NCBI GenBank assembly: GCA_964016885.1
Contig: OZ024745.1
Coordinates: 30,566,001-30,630,000 of the forward strand
From: Eledone cirrhosa
Taxonomy: Eukaryota
DNA: 64,000 bases
Reading direction: 5' to 3'
The translations under genes were made by a program, and so were the position numbers. This document shows, one piece after another, positions 30,500 to 45,000 of the stretch (the first letter of the stretch is position 1; each line of letters opens with the position of its first letter). Below the pieces are notes generated by a model that was given only the letters and a program-made list of their open reading frames with translations, had not been told where the DNA came from and ran no database searches.

Positions 30500-33400
30500 G
30501 GTGACAATTCATAGATGTGACATCTGTGTATGAAGAACAACACTTTAACCTCAACAAAGGGCGACAATTCATAGACGTGACATCTGTGTATGAAGAAGAA
30601 CACTTTAACCTTAACAAACAAAGGGTGACAATCCATAGATGTGACATCTGTGTATGAAGAGCAACACTTTAACCTTAACAAACAAAGGGTGACAATTCAT
30701 AGATGTGACATCTGTGTATGAAGAACAACACGTTAACCTCAACAAAGGGCGACAATTCATAGATGTGACATCTGTGTATGAAAAACAACACTTTAACCTC
30801 AACAAAGGGCGACAATTCATAGATGTGACATCTGTGTATGAAGAACAACACTTTAACCTCAACAAAGGGCGACAATTTATAGATGTGACATCTGTGTATG
30901 AAGAACAACACTTTAACCTCAACAAAGGGTGACAATTCATAGATGTGACATCTGTGTATGAAGAACAACACTTTAACCTCAACAAAGGGTGACAATTCAT
31001 AGATGTGACATCTCAGTATGAAGAACAACACTTTAACCTCAACAAAGGGTGACAATTCATAGATGTGACATCTGTGTATGAAGAACAACACTTTAACCTC
31101 AACAAAGGGTGACAATTCATAGATGTGACATCTTTGTATGAAGAACAACACTTTAACCTCAACAAAGGGTAACAATTCATAGATGTGACATCTGTGTATG
31201 AAGAACAACACTTTAACCTCAACAAAGGGTGACAATTCATAGATGTGACATCTGTGTATGAAGAACAACACTTTAACCTCAACAAAGGGTGACAATTCAT
31301 AGATGTGACATCTGTGTATGAAGAACAACACTTTAACCTTAACAAACAAAGGGAGACAATCCATAGATGTGACATCTGTGTATGAAGAACAACACTTTAC
31401 CCTTAACAAACAAAGGGTGACAATCCATAGATGTGACATCTGTGTATGAAGAACAACACTTTAACCTTAACAAACAAAGGGTGACAATTCATAGATGTCA
31501 CATCTGTGTATGAAGAACAACACTTTAACCTCAACAAATGGTGACAATTCATAGATGTGACATCTGTGTATGAAGAACAACACTTTAACCTCAACAAAGG
31601 GCGACAATTCATAGACGTGACATCTGTGTATGAAGAACAACACATTAACCTTAACAAACAAAGGGTGACAATTCATAGATGTCACATCTGAGTATGAAGA
31701 ACAACACTTTAACCTCAACAAAGGGTGAAAATTCATAGATGTGACATCTGTGTATGAAGAACAACACTTTAACCTCAACAAAGAGTGACAATTCATAGAT
31801 GTGACATCTGTGTATGAAGAACAATACTTTAACATCAACAAAGGGTGACAATTCATAGATGTGACATCTGTGTATGAAGAACAACACTTTAACCTCAACA
31901 AAGGGCGACAATTCATAGATGTGACATCTGTGTATGAAGAACAACACTTTAACCTCAACAAAGGGCGACAATTCATAGATGTGACATCTGTGTATGAAGA
32001 ACAACACTTTAACCTCAACAAAGGGTGACAATTCATAGATGTGACATCTGTGTATGAAGAACAACACGTTAACCTCAACAAAGGGCGCACAATTCATAGA
32101 TGTGACATCTGTGTATGAAGAACAACACTTTAACCTCAACAAAGGGTGACAATTCATAGATGTGACATCTGTGTATGAAGAACAACACTTTAAACTCAAC
32201 AAAGGGTGACAATTCATAGATGTGACATCTGTGTATGAAGAACAACACTTTAACCTCAACAAAGGGCGACAATTCATAGATGTGACATCTGTGTATGAAG
32301 AACAACACTTTAACCTCAGCAAAGGGTGACAATTCATAGATGTGACATCTGTGTATGAAGAACAACACTTTAACCTCAACAAAGGGTGACAATTCATAGA
32401 TGTGACATCTGTGTATGAAGAACAACACTTTAACCTCAACAAAGGGTGACAATTCATAGATGTGACATCTGTGTATGAAGAACAACACTTTAACCTCAAC
32501 AAACAAAGGGTGACAATTCATAGATGTGACATCTGTGTATGAAGAACAACACTTTAACCTCAACAAAGGGCGACAATTCATAGATGTGACATCTGTGTAT
32601 GAAGAACAACACTTTAACCTCAACAAAGGGTGACAATTCATAGATGTGACATCTGTGTATGAAGAACAACACTTTAACCTCAACAAAGGGCGACAATTCA
32701 TAGATGTGACATCTGTGTATGAAGAACAACACTTTAACCTCAACAAAGGGTGACAATTCATAGATGTGACATCTGTGTATGAAGAACAACACTTTAACCT
32801 CAACAAAGGGTGACAATTCATAGATGTGACATCTGTGTATGACGAACAACACTTTAAACTCAACAAAGGGTAACAATTCATAGATGTGACATCTGTGTAT
32901 GAAGAACAACACTTTAACCTCAACAAAGGGTGACAATTCATAGATGTGACATCTGTGTATGAAGAACAACACTTTAACCTTAACAAACAAAGGGAGACAA
33001 TCCATAGATGTGACATCTGTGTATGAAGAACAACACTTTAACCTTAACAAACAAAGGGTGACAATCCATAGATGTGACATCTGTGTATGAAGAACAACAC
33101 TTTAACCTTAACAAACAAAGGGTGACAATTCATAGATGTGACATCTGTGTATGAAGAACAACACTTTAACCTCAACAAAGGGTGACAATTCATAGATGTG
33201 ACATCTGTGTATGAAGAACAACGCTTTAACCTCAACACAGGTGACAATTCATAGATGTGACATCTGTGTATGAAGAACAACACTTTAACCTCAACAAAGG
33301 GTGACAATTCATAGATGTGACATCTGTGTATGACGAACAACACTTTAAACTCAACAAAGGGTAACAATTCATAGATGTGACATCTGTGTATGAAGAACAA

Positions 33401-36400
33401 CACTTTAACCTCAACAAAGGGTGACAATTCATAGATGTGACATCTGTGTATGAAGAACAACACTTTAACATTAACAAACAAAGGGAGACAATCCATAGAT
33501 GTGACATCTGTGTATGAAGAACAGCACTTTAACCTTAACAAACAAAGGGTGACAATCCATAGATGTGACATCTGTGTATGAAGAACAACACTTTAACCTT
33601 AACAAACAAAGGGTGACAATTCATAGATGTGACATCTGTGTATGAAGAACAACACTTTAACCTCAACAAAGGGTGACAATTCATAGATGTGACATCTGTG
33701 TATGAAGAACAACACTTTAACCTCAACAAAGGGCGACAATTCATAGACGTGACATCTGTGTATGAAGAAGAACACTTTAACCTTAACAAACAAAGGGTGA
33801 CAATCCATAGATGTGACATCTGTGTATGAAGAGCAACACTTTAACCTTAACAAACAAAGGGTGACAATTCATAGATGTGACATCTGTGTATGAAGAACAA
33901 CACGTTAACCTCAACAAAGGGCGACAATTCATAGATGTGACATCTGTGTATGAAAAACAACACTTTAACCTCAACAAAGGGCGACAATTCATAGATGTGA
34001 CATCTGTGTATAAAGAACAACACTTTAACCTCAACAAAGGGCGACAATTCATAGATGTGACATCTGTGTATGAAGAACAACACTTTAACCTCAACAAAGG
34101 GTGACAATTCATAGATGTGACATCTGTGTATGACGAACAACACTTTAAACTCAACAAAGGGTAACAATTCATAGATGTGACATCTGTGTATGAAGAACAA
34201 CACTTTAACCTCAACAAAGGGTGACAATTCATAGATGTGACATCTGTGTATGAAGAACAACACTTTAACATTAACAAACAAAGGGAGACAATCCATAGAT
34301 GTGACATCTGTGTATGAAGAACAGCACTTTAACCTTAACAAACAAAGGGTGACAATCCATAGATGTGACATCTGTGTATGAAGAACAACACTTTAACCTT
34401 AACAAACAAAGGGTGACAATTCATAGATGTGACATCTGTGTATGAAGAACAACACTTTAACCTCAACAAAGGGTGACAATTCATAGATGTGACATCTGTG
34501 TATGAAGAACAACACTTTAACCTCAACAAAGGGCGACAATTCATAGACGTGACATCTGTGTATGAAGAAGAACACTTTAACCTTAACAAACAAAGGGTGA
34601 CAATCCATAGATGTGACATCTGTGTATGAAGAGCAACACTTTAACCTTAACAAACAAAGGGTGACAATTCATAGATGTGACATCTGTGTATGAAGAACAA
34701 CACGTTAACCTCAACAAAGGGCGACAATTCATAGATGTGACATCTGTGTATGAAAAACAACACTTTAACCTCAACAAAGGGCGACAATTCATAGATGTGA
34801 CATCTGTGTATGAAGAACAACACTTTAACCTCAACAAAGGGCGACAATTCATAGATGTGACATCTGTGTATGAAGAACAACACTTTAACCTCAACAAAGG
34901 GTGACAATTCATAGATGTGACATCTGTGTATGAAGAACAACACTTTAACCTCAACAAAGGGTGACAATTCATAGATGTGACATCTCAGTATGAAGAAAAA
35001 CACTTTAACCTCAACAAAGGGTGACAATTCATAGATGTGACATCTGTGTATGAAGAACAACACTTTAACCTCAACAAAGGGTGACAATTCATAGATGTGA
35101 CATCTTTGTATGAAGAACAACACTTTAACCTCAACAAAGGGTAACAATTCATAGATGTGACATCTGTGTATGAAGAACAACACTTTAACCTCAACAAAGG
35201 GTGACAATTCATAGATGTGACATCTGTGTATGAAGAACAACACTTTAACCTCAACAAAGGGTGACAATTCATAGATGTGACATCTGTGTATGAAGAACAA
35301 CACTTTAACCTTAACAAACAAAGGGAGACAATCCATAGATGTGACATCTGTGTATGAAGAACAACACTTTACCCTTAACAAACAAAGGGTGACAATCCAT
35401 AGATGTGACATCTGTGTATGAAGAACAACACTTTAACCTTAACAAACAAAGGGTGACAATTCATAGATGTCACATCTGTGTATGAAGAACAACACTTTAA
35501 CCTCAACAAATGGTGACAATTCATAGATGTGACATCTGTGTATGAAGAACAACACTTTAACCTCAACAAAGGGCGACAATTCATAGACGTGACATCTGTG
35601 TATGAAGAACAACACATTAACCTTAACAAACAAAGGGTGACAATTCATAGATGTCACATCTGAGTATGAAGAACAACACTTTAACCTCAACAAAGGGTGA
35701 AAATTCATAGATGTGACATCTGTGTATGAAGAACAACACTTTAACCTCAACAAAGAGTGACAATTCATAGATGTGACATCTGTGTATGAAGAACAATACT
35801 TTAACATCAACAAAGGGTGACAATTCATAGATGTGACATCTGTGTATGAAGAACAACACTTTAACCTCAACAAAGGGCGACAATTCATAGATGTGACATC
35901 TGTGTATGAAGAACAACACTTTAACCTCAACAAAGGGCGACAATTCATAGATGTGACATCTGTGTATGAAGAACAACACTTTAACCTCAACAAAGGGTGA
36001 CAATTCATAGATGTGACATCTGTGTATGAAGAACAACACGTTAACCTCAACAAAGGGCGCACAATTCATAGATGTGACATCTGTGTATGAAGAACAACAC
36101 TTTAACCTCAACAAAGGGTGACAATTCATAGATGTGACATCTGTGTATGAAGAACAACACTTTAAACTCAACAAAGGGTGACAATTCATAGATGTGACAT
36201 CTGTGTATGAAGAACAACACTTTAACCTCAACAAAGGGCGACAATTCATAGATGTGACATCTGTGTATGAAGAACAACACTTTAACCTCAGCAAAGGGTG
36301 ACAATTCATAGATGTGACATCTGTGTATGAAGAACAACACTTTAACCTCAACAAAGGGTGACAATTCATAGATGTGACATCTGTGTATGAAGAACAACAC

Positions 36401-39400
36401 TTTAACCTCAACAAAGGGTGACAATTCATAGATGTGACATCTGTGTATGAAGAACAACACTTTAACCTCAACAAACAAAGGGTGACAATTCATAGATGTG
36501 ACATCTGTGTATGAAGAACAACACTTTAACCTCAACAAATGGTGACAATTCATAGATGTGACATCTGTGTATGAAGAACAACACTTTAACCTCAACAAAG
36601 GGCGACAATTCATAGACGTGACATCTGTGTATGAAGAACAACACATTAACCTTAACAAACAAAGGGTGACAATTCATAGATGTCACATCTGAGTATGAAG
36701 AACAACACTTTAACCTCAACAAAGGGTGAAAATTCATAGATGTGACATCTGTGTATGAAGAACAACACTTTAACCTCAACAAAGAGTGACAATTCATAGA
36801 TGTGACATCTGTGTATGAAGAACAATACTTTAACATCAACAAAGGGTGACAATTCATAGATGTGACATCTGTGTATGAAGAACAACACTTTAACCTCAAC
36901 AAAGGGCGACAATTCATAGATGTGACATCTGTGTATGAAGAACAACACTTTAACCTCAACAAAGGGCGACAATTCATAGATGTGACATCTGTGTATGAAG
37001 AACAACACTTTAACCTCAACAAAGGGTGACAATTCATAGATGTGACATCTGTGTATGAAGAACAACACGTTAACCTCAACAAAGGGCGCACAATTCATAG
37101 ATGTGACATCTGTGTATGAAGAACAACACTTTAACCTCAACAAAGGGTGACAATTCATAGATGTGACATCTGTGTATGAAGAACAACACTTTAACCTCAG
37201 CAAAGGGTGACAATTCATAGATGTGACATCTGTGTATGAAGAACAACACTTTAACCTCAACAAAGGGTGACAATTCATAGATGTGACATCTGTGTATGAA
37301 GAACAACACTTTAACCTCAACAAAGGGTGACAATTCATAGATGTGACATCTGTGTATGAAGAACAACACTTTAACCTCAACAAACAAAGGGTGACAATTC
37401 ATAGATGTGACATCTGTGTATGAAGAACAACACTTTAACCTCAACAAAGGGCGACAATTCATAGATGTGACATCTGTGTATGAAGAACAACACTTTAACC
37501 TCAACAAAGGGTGACAATTCATAGATGTGACATCTGTGTATGAAGAACAACACTTTAACCTCAACAAAGGGCGACAATTCATAGATGTGACATCTGTGTA
37601 TGAAGAACAACACTTTAACCTCAACAAAGGGTGACAATTCATAGATGTGACATCTGTGTATGAAGAACAACACTTTAACCTCAACAAAGGGTGACAATTC
37701 ATAGATGTGACATCTGTGTATGACGAACAACACTTTAAACTCAACAAAGGGTAACAATTCATAGATGTGACATCTGTGTATGAAGAACAACACTTTAACC
37801 TCAACAAAGGGTGACAATTCATAGATGTGACATCTGTGTATGAAGAACAACACTTTAACCTTAACAAACAAAGGGAGACAATCCATAGATGTGACATCTG
37901 TGTATGAAGAACAACACTTTAACCTTAACAAACAAAGGGTGACAATCCATAGATGTGACATCTGTGTATGAAGAACAACACTTTAACCTTAACAAACAAA
38001 GGGTGACAATTCATAGATGTGACATCTGTGTATGAAGAACAACACTTTAACCTCAACAAAGGGTGACAATTCATAGATGTGACATCTGTGTATGAAGAAC
38101 AACGCTTTAACCTCAACACAGGTGACAATTCATAGATGTGACATCTGTGTATGAAGAACAACACTTTAACCTCAACAAAGGGTGACAATTCATAGATGTG
38201 ACATCTGTGTATGACGAACAACACTTTAAACTCAACAAAGGGTAACAATTCATAGATGTGACATCTGTGTATGAAGAACAACACTTTAACCTCAACAAAG
38301 GGTGACAATTCATAGATGTGACATCTGTGTATGAAGAACAACACTTTAACATTAACAAACAAAGGGAGACAATCCATAGATGTGACATCTGTGTATGAAG
38401 AACAGCACTTTAACCTTAACAAACAAAGGGTGACAATCCATAGATGTGACATCTGTGTATGAAGAACAACACTTTAACCTTAACAAACAAAGGGTGACAA
38501 TTCATAGATGTGACATCTGTGTATGAAGAACAACACTTTAACCTCAACAAAGGGTGACAATTCATAGATGTGACATCTGTGTATGAAGAACAACACTTTA
38601 ACCTCAACAAAGGGCGACAATTCATAGACGTGACATCTGTGTATGAAGAAGAACACTTTAACCTTAACAAACAAAGGGTGACAATCCATAGATGTGACAT
38701 CTGTGTATGAAGAGCAACACTTTAACCTTAACAAACAAAGGGTGACAATTCATAGATGTGACATCTGTGTATGAAGAACAACACGTTAACCTCAACAAAG
38801 GGCGACAATTCATAGATGTGACATCTGTGTATGAAAAACAACACTTTAACCTCAACAAAGGGCGACAATTCATAGATGTGACATCTGTGTATAAAGAACA
38901 ACACTTTAACCTCAACAAAGGGCGACAATTCATAGATGTGACATCTGTGTATGAAGAACAACACTTTAACCTCAACAAAGGGTGACAATTCATAGATGTG
39001 ACATCTGTGTATGACGAACAACACTTTAAACTCAACAAAGGGTAACAATTCATAGATGTGACATCTGTGTATGAAGAACAACACTTTAACCTCAACAAAG
39101 GGTGACAATTCATAGATGTGACATCTGTGTATGAAGAACAACACTTTAACATTAACAAACAAAGGGAGACAATCCATAGATGTGACATCTGTGTATGAAG
39201 AACAGCACTTTAACCTTAACAAACAAAGGGTGACAATCCATAGATGTGACATCTGTGTATGAAGAACAACACTTTAACCTTAACAAACAAAGGGTGACAA
39301 TTCATAGATGTGACATCTGTGTATGAAGAACAACACTTTAACCTCAACAAAGGGTGACAATTCATAGATGTGACATCTGTGTATGAAGAACAACACTTTA

Positions 39401-42050
39401 ACCTCAACAAAGGGCGACAATTCATAGACGTGACATCTGTGTATGAAGAAGAACACTTTAACCTTAACAAACAAAGGGTGACAATCCATAGATGTGACAT
39501 CTGTGTATGAAGAGCAACACTTTAACCTTAACAAACAAAGGGTGACAATTCATAGATGTGACATCTGTGTATGAAGAACAACACGTTAACCTCAACAAAG
39601 GGCGACAATTCATAGATGTGACATCTGTGTATGAAAAACAACACTTTAACCTCAACAAAGGGCGACAATTCATAGATGTGACATCTGTGTATGAAGAACA
39701 ACACTTTAACCTCAACAAAGGGCGACAATTCATAGATGTGACATCTGTGTATGAAGAACAACACTTTAACCTCAACAAAGGGTGACAATTCATAGATGTG
39801 ACATCTGTGTATGAAGAACAACACTTTAACCTCAACAAAGGGTGACAATTCATAGATGTGACATCTCAGTATGAAGAAAAACACTTTAACCTCAACAAAG
39901 GGTGACAATTCATAGATGTGACATCTGTGTATGAAGAACAACACTTTAACCTCAACAAAGGGTGACAATTCATAGATGTGACATCTTTGTATGAAGAACA
40001 ACACTTTAACCTCAACAAAGGGTAACAATTCATAGATGTGACATCTGTGTATGAAGAACAACACTTTAACCTCAACAAAGGGTGACAATTCATAGATGTG
40101 ACATCTGTGTATGAAGAACAACACTTTAACCTCAACAAAGGGTGACAATTCATAGATGTGACATCTGTGTATGAAGAACAACACTTTAACCTTAACAAAC
40201 AAAGGGAGACAATCCATAGATGTGACATCTGTGTATGAAGAACAACACTTTACCCTTAACAAACAAAGGGTGACAATCCATAGATGTGACATCTGTGTAT
40301 GAAGAACAACACTTTAACCTTAACAAACAAAGGGTGACAATTCATAGATGTCACATCTGTGTATGAAGAACAACACTTTAACCTCAACAAATGGTGACAA
40401 TTCATAGATGTGACATCTGTGTATGAAGAACAACACTTTAACCTCAACAAAGGGCGACAATTCATAGACGTGACATCTGTGTATGAAGAACAATACTTTA
40501 ACATCAACAAAGGGTGACAATTCATAGATGTGACATCTGTGTATGAAGAACAACACTTTAACCTCAACAAAGGGCGACAATTCATAGATGTGACATCTGT
40601 GTATGAAGAACAACACTTTAACCTCAACAAAGGGCGACAATTCATAGATGTGACATCTGTGTATGAAGAACAACACTTTAACCTCAACAAAGGGTGACAA
40701 TTCATAGATGTGACATCTGTGTATGAAGAACAACACGTTAACCTCAACAAAGGGCGCACAATTCATAGATGTGACATCTGTGTATGAAGAACAACACTTT
40801 AACCTCAACAAAGGGTGACAATTCATAGATGTGACATCTGTGTATGAAGAACAACACTTTAAACTCAACAAAGGGTGACAATTCATAGATGTGACATCTG
40901 TGTATGAAGAACAACACTTTAACCTCAACAAAGGGCGACAATTCATAGATGTGACATCTGTGTATGAAGAACAACACTTTAACCTCAGCAAAGGGTGACA
41001 ATTCATAGATGTGACATCTGTGTATGAAGAACAACACTTTAACCTCAACAAAGGGTGACAATTCATAGATGTGACATCTGTGTATGAAGAACAACACTTT
41101 AACCTCAACAAAGGGTGACAATTCATAGATGTGACATCTGTGTATGAAGAACAACACTTTAACCTCAACAAACAAAGGGTGACAATTCATAGATGTGACA
41201 TCTGTGTATGAAGAACAACACTTTAACCTCAACAAAGGGCGACAATTCATAGATGTGACATCTGTGTATGAAGAACAACACTTTAACCTCAACAAAGGGT
41301 GACAATTCATAGATGTGACATCTGTGTATGAAGAACAACACTTTAACCTCAACAAAGGGCGACAATTCATAGATGTGACATCTGTGTATGAAGAACAACA
41401 CTTTAACCTCAACAAAGGGTGACAATTCATAGATGTGACATCTGTGTATGAAGAACAACACTTTAACCTCAACAAAGGGTGACAATTCATAGATGTGACA
41501 TCTGTGTATGACGAACAACACTTTAAACTCAACAAAGGGTAACAATTCATAGATGTGACATCTGTGTATGAAGAACAACACTTTAACCTCAACAAAGGGT
41601 GACAATTCATAGATGTGACATCTGTGTATGAAGAACAACACTTTAACATTAACAAACAAAGGGAGACAATCCATAGATGTGACATCTGTGTATGAAGAAC
41701 AACACTTTAACCTTAACAAACAAAGGGTGACAATCCATAGATGTGACATCTGTGTATGAAGAACAACACTTTAACCTTAACAAACAAAGGGTGACAATTC
41801 ATAGATGTGACATCTGTGTATGAAGAACAACACTTTAACCTCAACAAAGGGTGACAATTCATAGATGTGACATCTGTGTATGAAGAACAACACTTTAACC
41901 TCAACAAAGGGCGACAATTCATAGACGTGACATCTGTGTATGAAGAAGAACACTTTAACCTTAACAAACAAAGGGTGACAATCCATAGATGTGACATCTG
42001 TGTATGAAGAGCAACACTTTAACCTTAACAAACAAAGGGTGACAATTCAT
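30500..42050. repeat. HOR block of about three copies of a ~4-kb unit (offsets 3,972 and 4,881) with nested 800-bp (13-mer) and 1,029-bp (17-mer) duplications
   Basis: ORF offsets: 30611/34583 to 32075/36047 = 3972; 32496/37377 to 35375/40256 = 4881 (3972+1029-120); 33535/34335 = 800; 35439/36468 = 1029. Markers are GAAGAGCAAC, GACGAACAACACTTTAAACTC, CTCAGCAAA, AACATTAACAAAC and AACGCTTT..CACAGG. Confidence 0.88.
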
Positions 42051-45000
42051 AGATGTGACATCTGTGTATGAAGAACAACACTTTAACCTCAACAAAGGGT
42101 GACAATTCATAGATGTGACATCTGTGTATGAAGAACAACACTTTACCCTCAACAAAGGGTGACAATTCATAGATGTGACATCTGTGTATGAAGAACAACA
42201 CGTTAACCTCAACAAAGGGCGACAATTCATAGATGTGACATCTGTGTATGAAAAACAACACTTTAACCTCAACAAAGGGCGACAATTCATAGATGTGACA
42301 TCTGTGTATGAAGAACAACACTTTAACCTCAACAAAGGGCGACAATTCATAGATGTGACATTTGTGTATGAAGAACAACACTTTAACCTCAACAAAGGGT
42401 GACAATTCATAGATGTGACATCTGTGTATGAAGAACAACACTTTAACCTCAACAAAGGGTGACAATTCATAGATGTGACATCTCAGTATGAAGAACAACA
42501 CTTTAACCTCAACAAAGGGTGACAATTCATAGATGTGACATCTGTGTATGAAGAACAACACTTTAACCTCAACAAAGGGTGACCATTCATAGATGTGACA
42601 TCTTTGTATGAAGAACAACACTTTAACCTCAACAAAGGGTAACAATTCATAGATGTGACATCTGTGTATGAAGAACAACACTTTAACCTCAACAAAGGGT
42701 GACAATTCATAGATGTGACATCTGTGTATGAAGAACAACACTTTAACCTCAACAAAGGGTGACAATTCATAGATGTGACATCTGTGTATGAAGAACAACA
42801 CTTTAACCTTAACAAACAAAGGGAGACAATCCATAGATGTGACATCTGTGTATGAAGAACAACACTTTAACCTTAACAAACAAAGGGTGACAATCCATAG
42901 ATGTGACATCTGTGTATGAAGAACAACACTTTAACCTTAACAAACAAAGGGTGACAATTCATAGATGTCACATCTGTGTATGAAGAACAACACTTTAACC
43001 TCAACAAATGGTGACAATTCATATATGTGACATCTGTGTATGAAGAACAACACTTTAACCTCAACAAAAGGCGACAATTCATAGACGTGACATCTGTGTA
43101 TGAAGAACAACACATTAACCTTAACAAACAAAGGGTGACAATTCATAGATGTCACATCTGAGTATGAAGAACAACACTTTAACCTCAACAAAGGGTGAGA
43201 ATTCATAGATGTGACATCTGTGTATGAAGAACAACACTTTAACCTCAACAAAGAGTGACAATTCATAGATGTGACATCTGTGTATGAAGAACAATACTTT
43301 AACATCAACAAAGGGTGACAATTCATAGATGTGACATCTGTGTATGAAGAACAACACTTTAACCTCAACAAAGGGCGACAATTCATAGATGTGACATCTG
43401 TGTATGAACAACAACACTTTAACCTCAACAAAGGGCGACAATTCATAGATGTGACATCTGTGTATGAAGAACAACACTTTAACCTCAACAAAGGGCGCAC
43501 AATTCATAGATGTGACATCTGTGTATGAAGAACAACACTTTAACCTCAACAAAGGGTGACAATTCATAGATGTGACATCTGTGTATGAAGAACAACACTT
43601 TAAACTCAACAAAGGGTGACAATTCATAGATGTGACATCTGTGTATGAAGAACAACACTTTAACCTCAACAAAGGGTGACAATTCATAGATGTGACATCT
43701 GTGTATGAAGAACAACACTTTAACCTTAACAAACAAATGGTGACAATCCATAGATGTGACATCTGTGTATGAAGAACAACACTTTAACCTTAACAAACAA
43801 AGGGTGACAATCCATAGATGTGACATCTGTGTATGAAGAACAACACTTTAACCTTAACAAACAAAGGGTGACAATTCATAGATGTGACATCTGTGTATGA
43901 AGAACAACACTTTAACCTCAACAAAGGGTGACAATTCATAGATGTGACATCTGTGTATGAAGAACAACAGTTTAACCTTAACAACCAAAGGGTGACAATT
44001 CATAGATGTGACATCTGTGTATGAAGAACAACACTTTAACCTCAACAAAGGGTGACAATTCATAGATGTGACATCTGAGTATGAAGAACAACACTTTAAC
44101 CTTAACAAACAAAGGGTGACAATTCATAGATGTGACATCTGTGTATGAAGAACAACACTTTAACCTAAACAAAGGGCGACAATTCATAGATGTGACATCT
44201 GTGTATGAAGAACGACACTTTAACCTCAACAAAGGGTGACAATTCATAGATGTGACATCTGTGTATGAAGAACAACACTTTAACCTCAACAAAGGGTGAC
44301 AATTCATAGATGTGACATCTGTGTATGACGAACAACACTTTAAACTCAACAAAGGGTAACAATTCATAGATGTGACATCTGTGTATGAAGAACAACACTT
44401 TAACCTCAACAAAGGGTGACAATTCATAGATGTGACATCTGTGTATGAAGAACAACACTTTAACATTAACAAACAAAGGGAGACAATCCATAGATGTGAC
44501 ATCTGTGTATGAAGAACAACACTTTAACCTTAACAAACAAAGGGTGACAATCCATAGATGTGACATCTGTGTATGAAGAACAACACTTTAACCTTAACAA
44601 ACAAAGGGTGACAATTCATAGATGTGACATCTGTGTATGAAGAACAACACTTTAACCTCAACAAAGGGTGACAATTCATAGATGTGACATCTGTGTATGA
44701 AGAACAACACTTTAACCTCAACAAAGGGCGACAATTCATAGACGTGACATCTGTGTATGAAGAAGAACACTTTAACCTTAACAAACAAAGGGTGACAATC
44801 CATAGATGTGACATCTGTGTATGAAGAGCAACACTTTAACCTTAACAAACAAAGGGTGACAATTCATAGATGTGACATCTGTGTATGAAGAACAACACTT
44901 TAACCTCAACAAAGGGTGACAATTCATAGATGTGACATCTGTGTATGAAGAACAACACTTTACCCTCAACAAAGGGTGACAATTTATAGATGTGACATCT

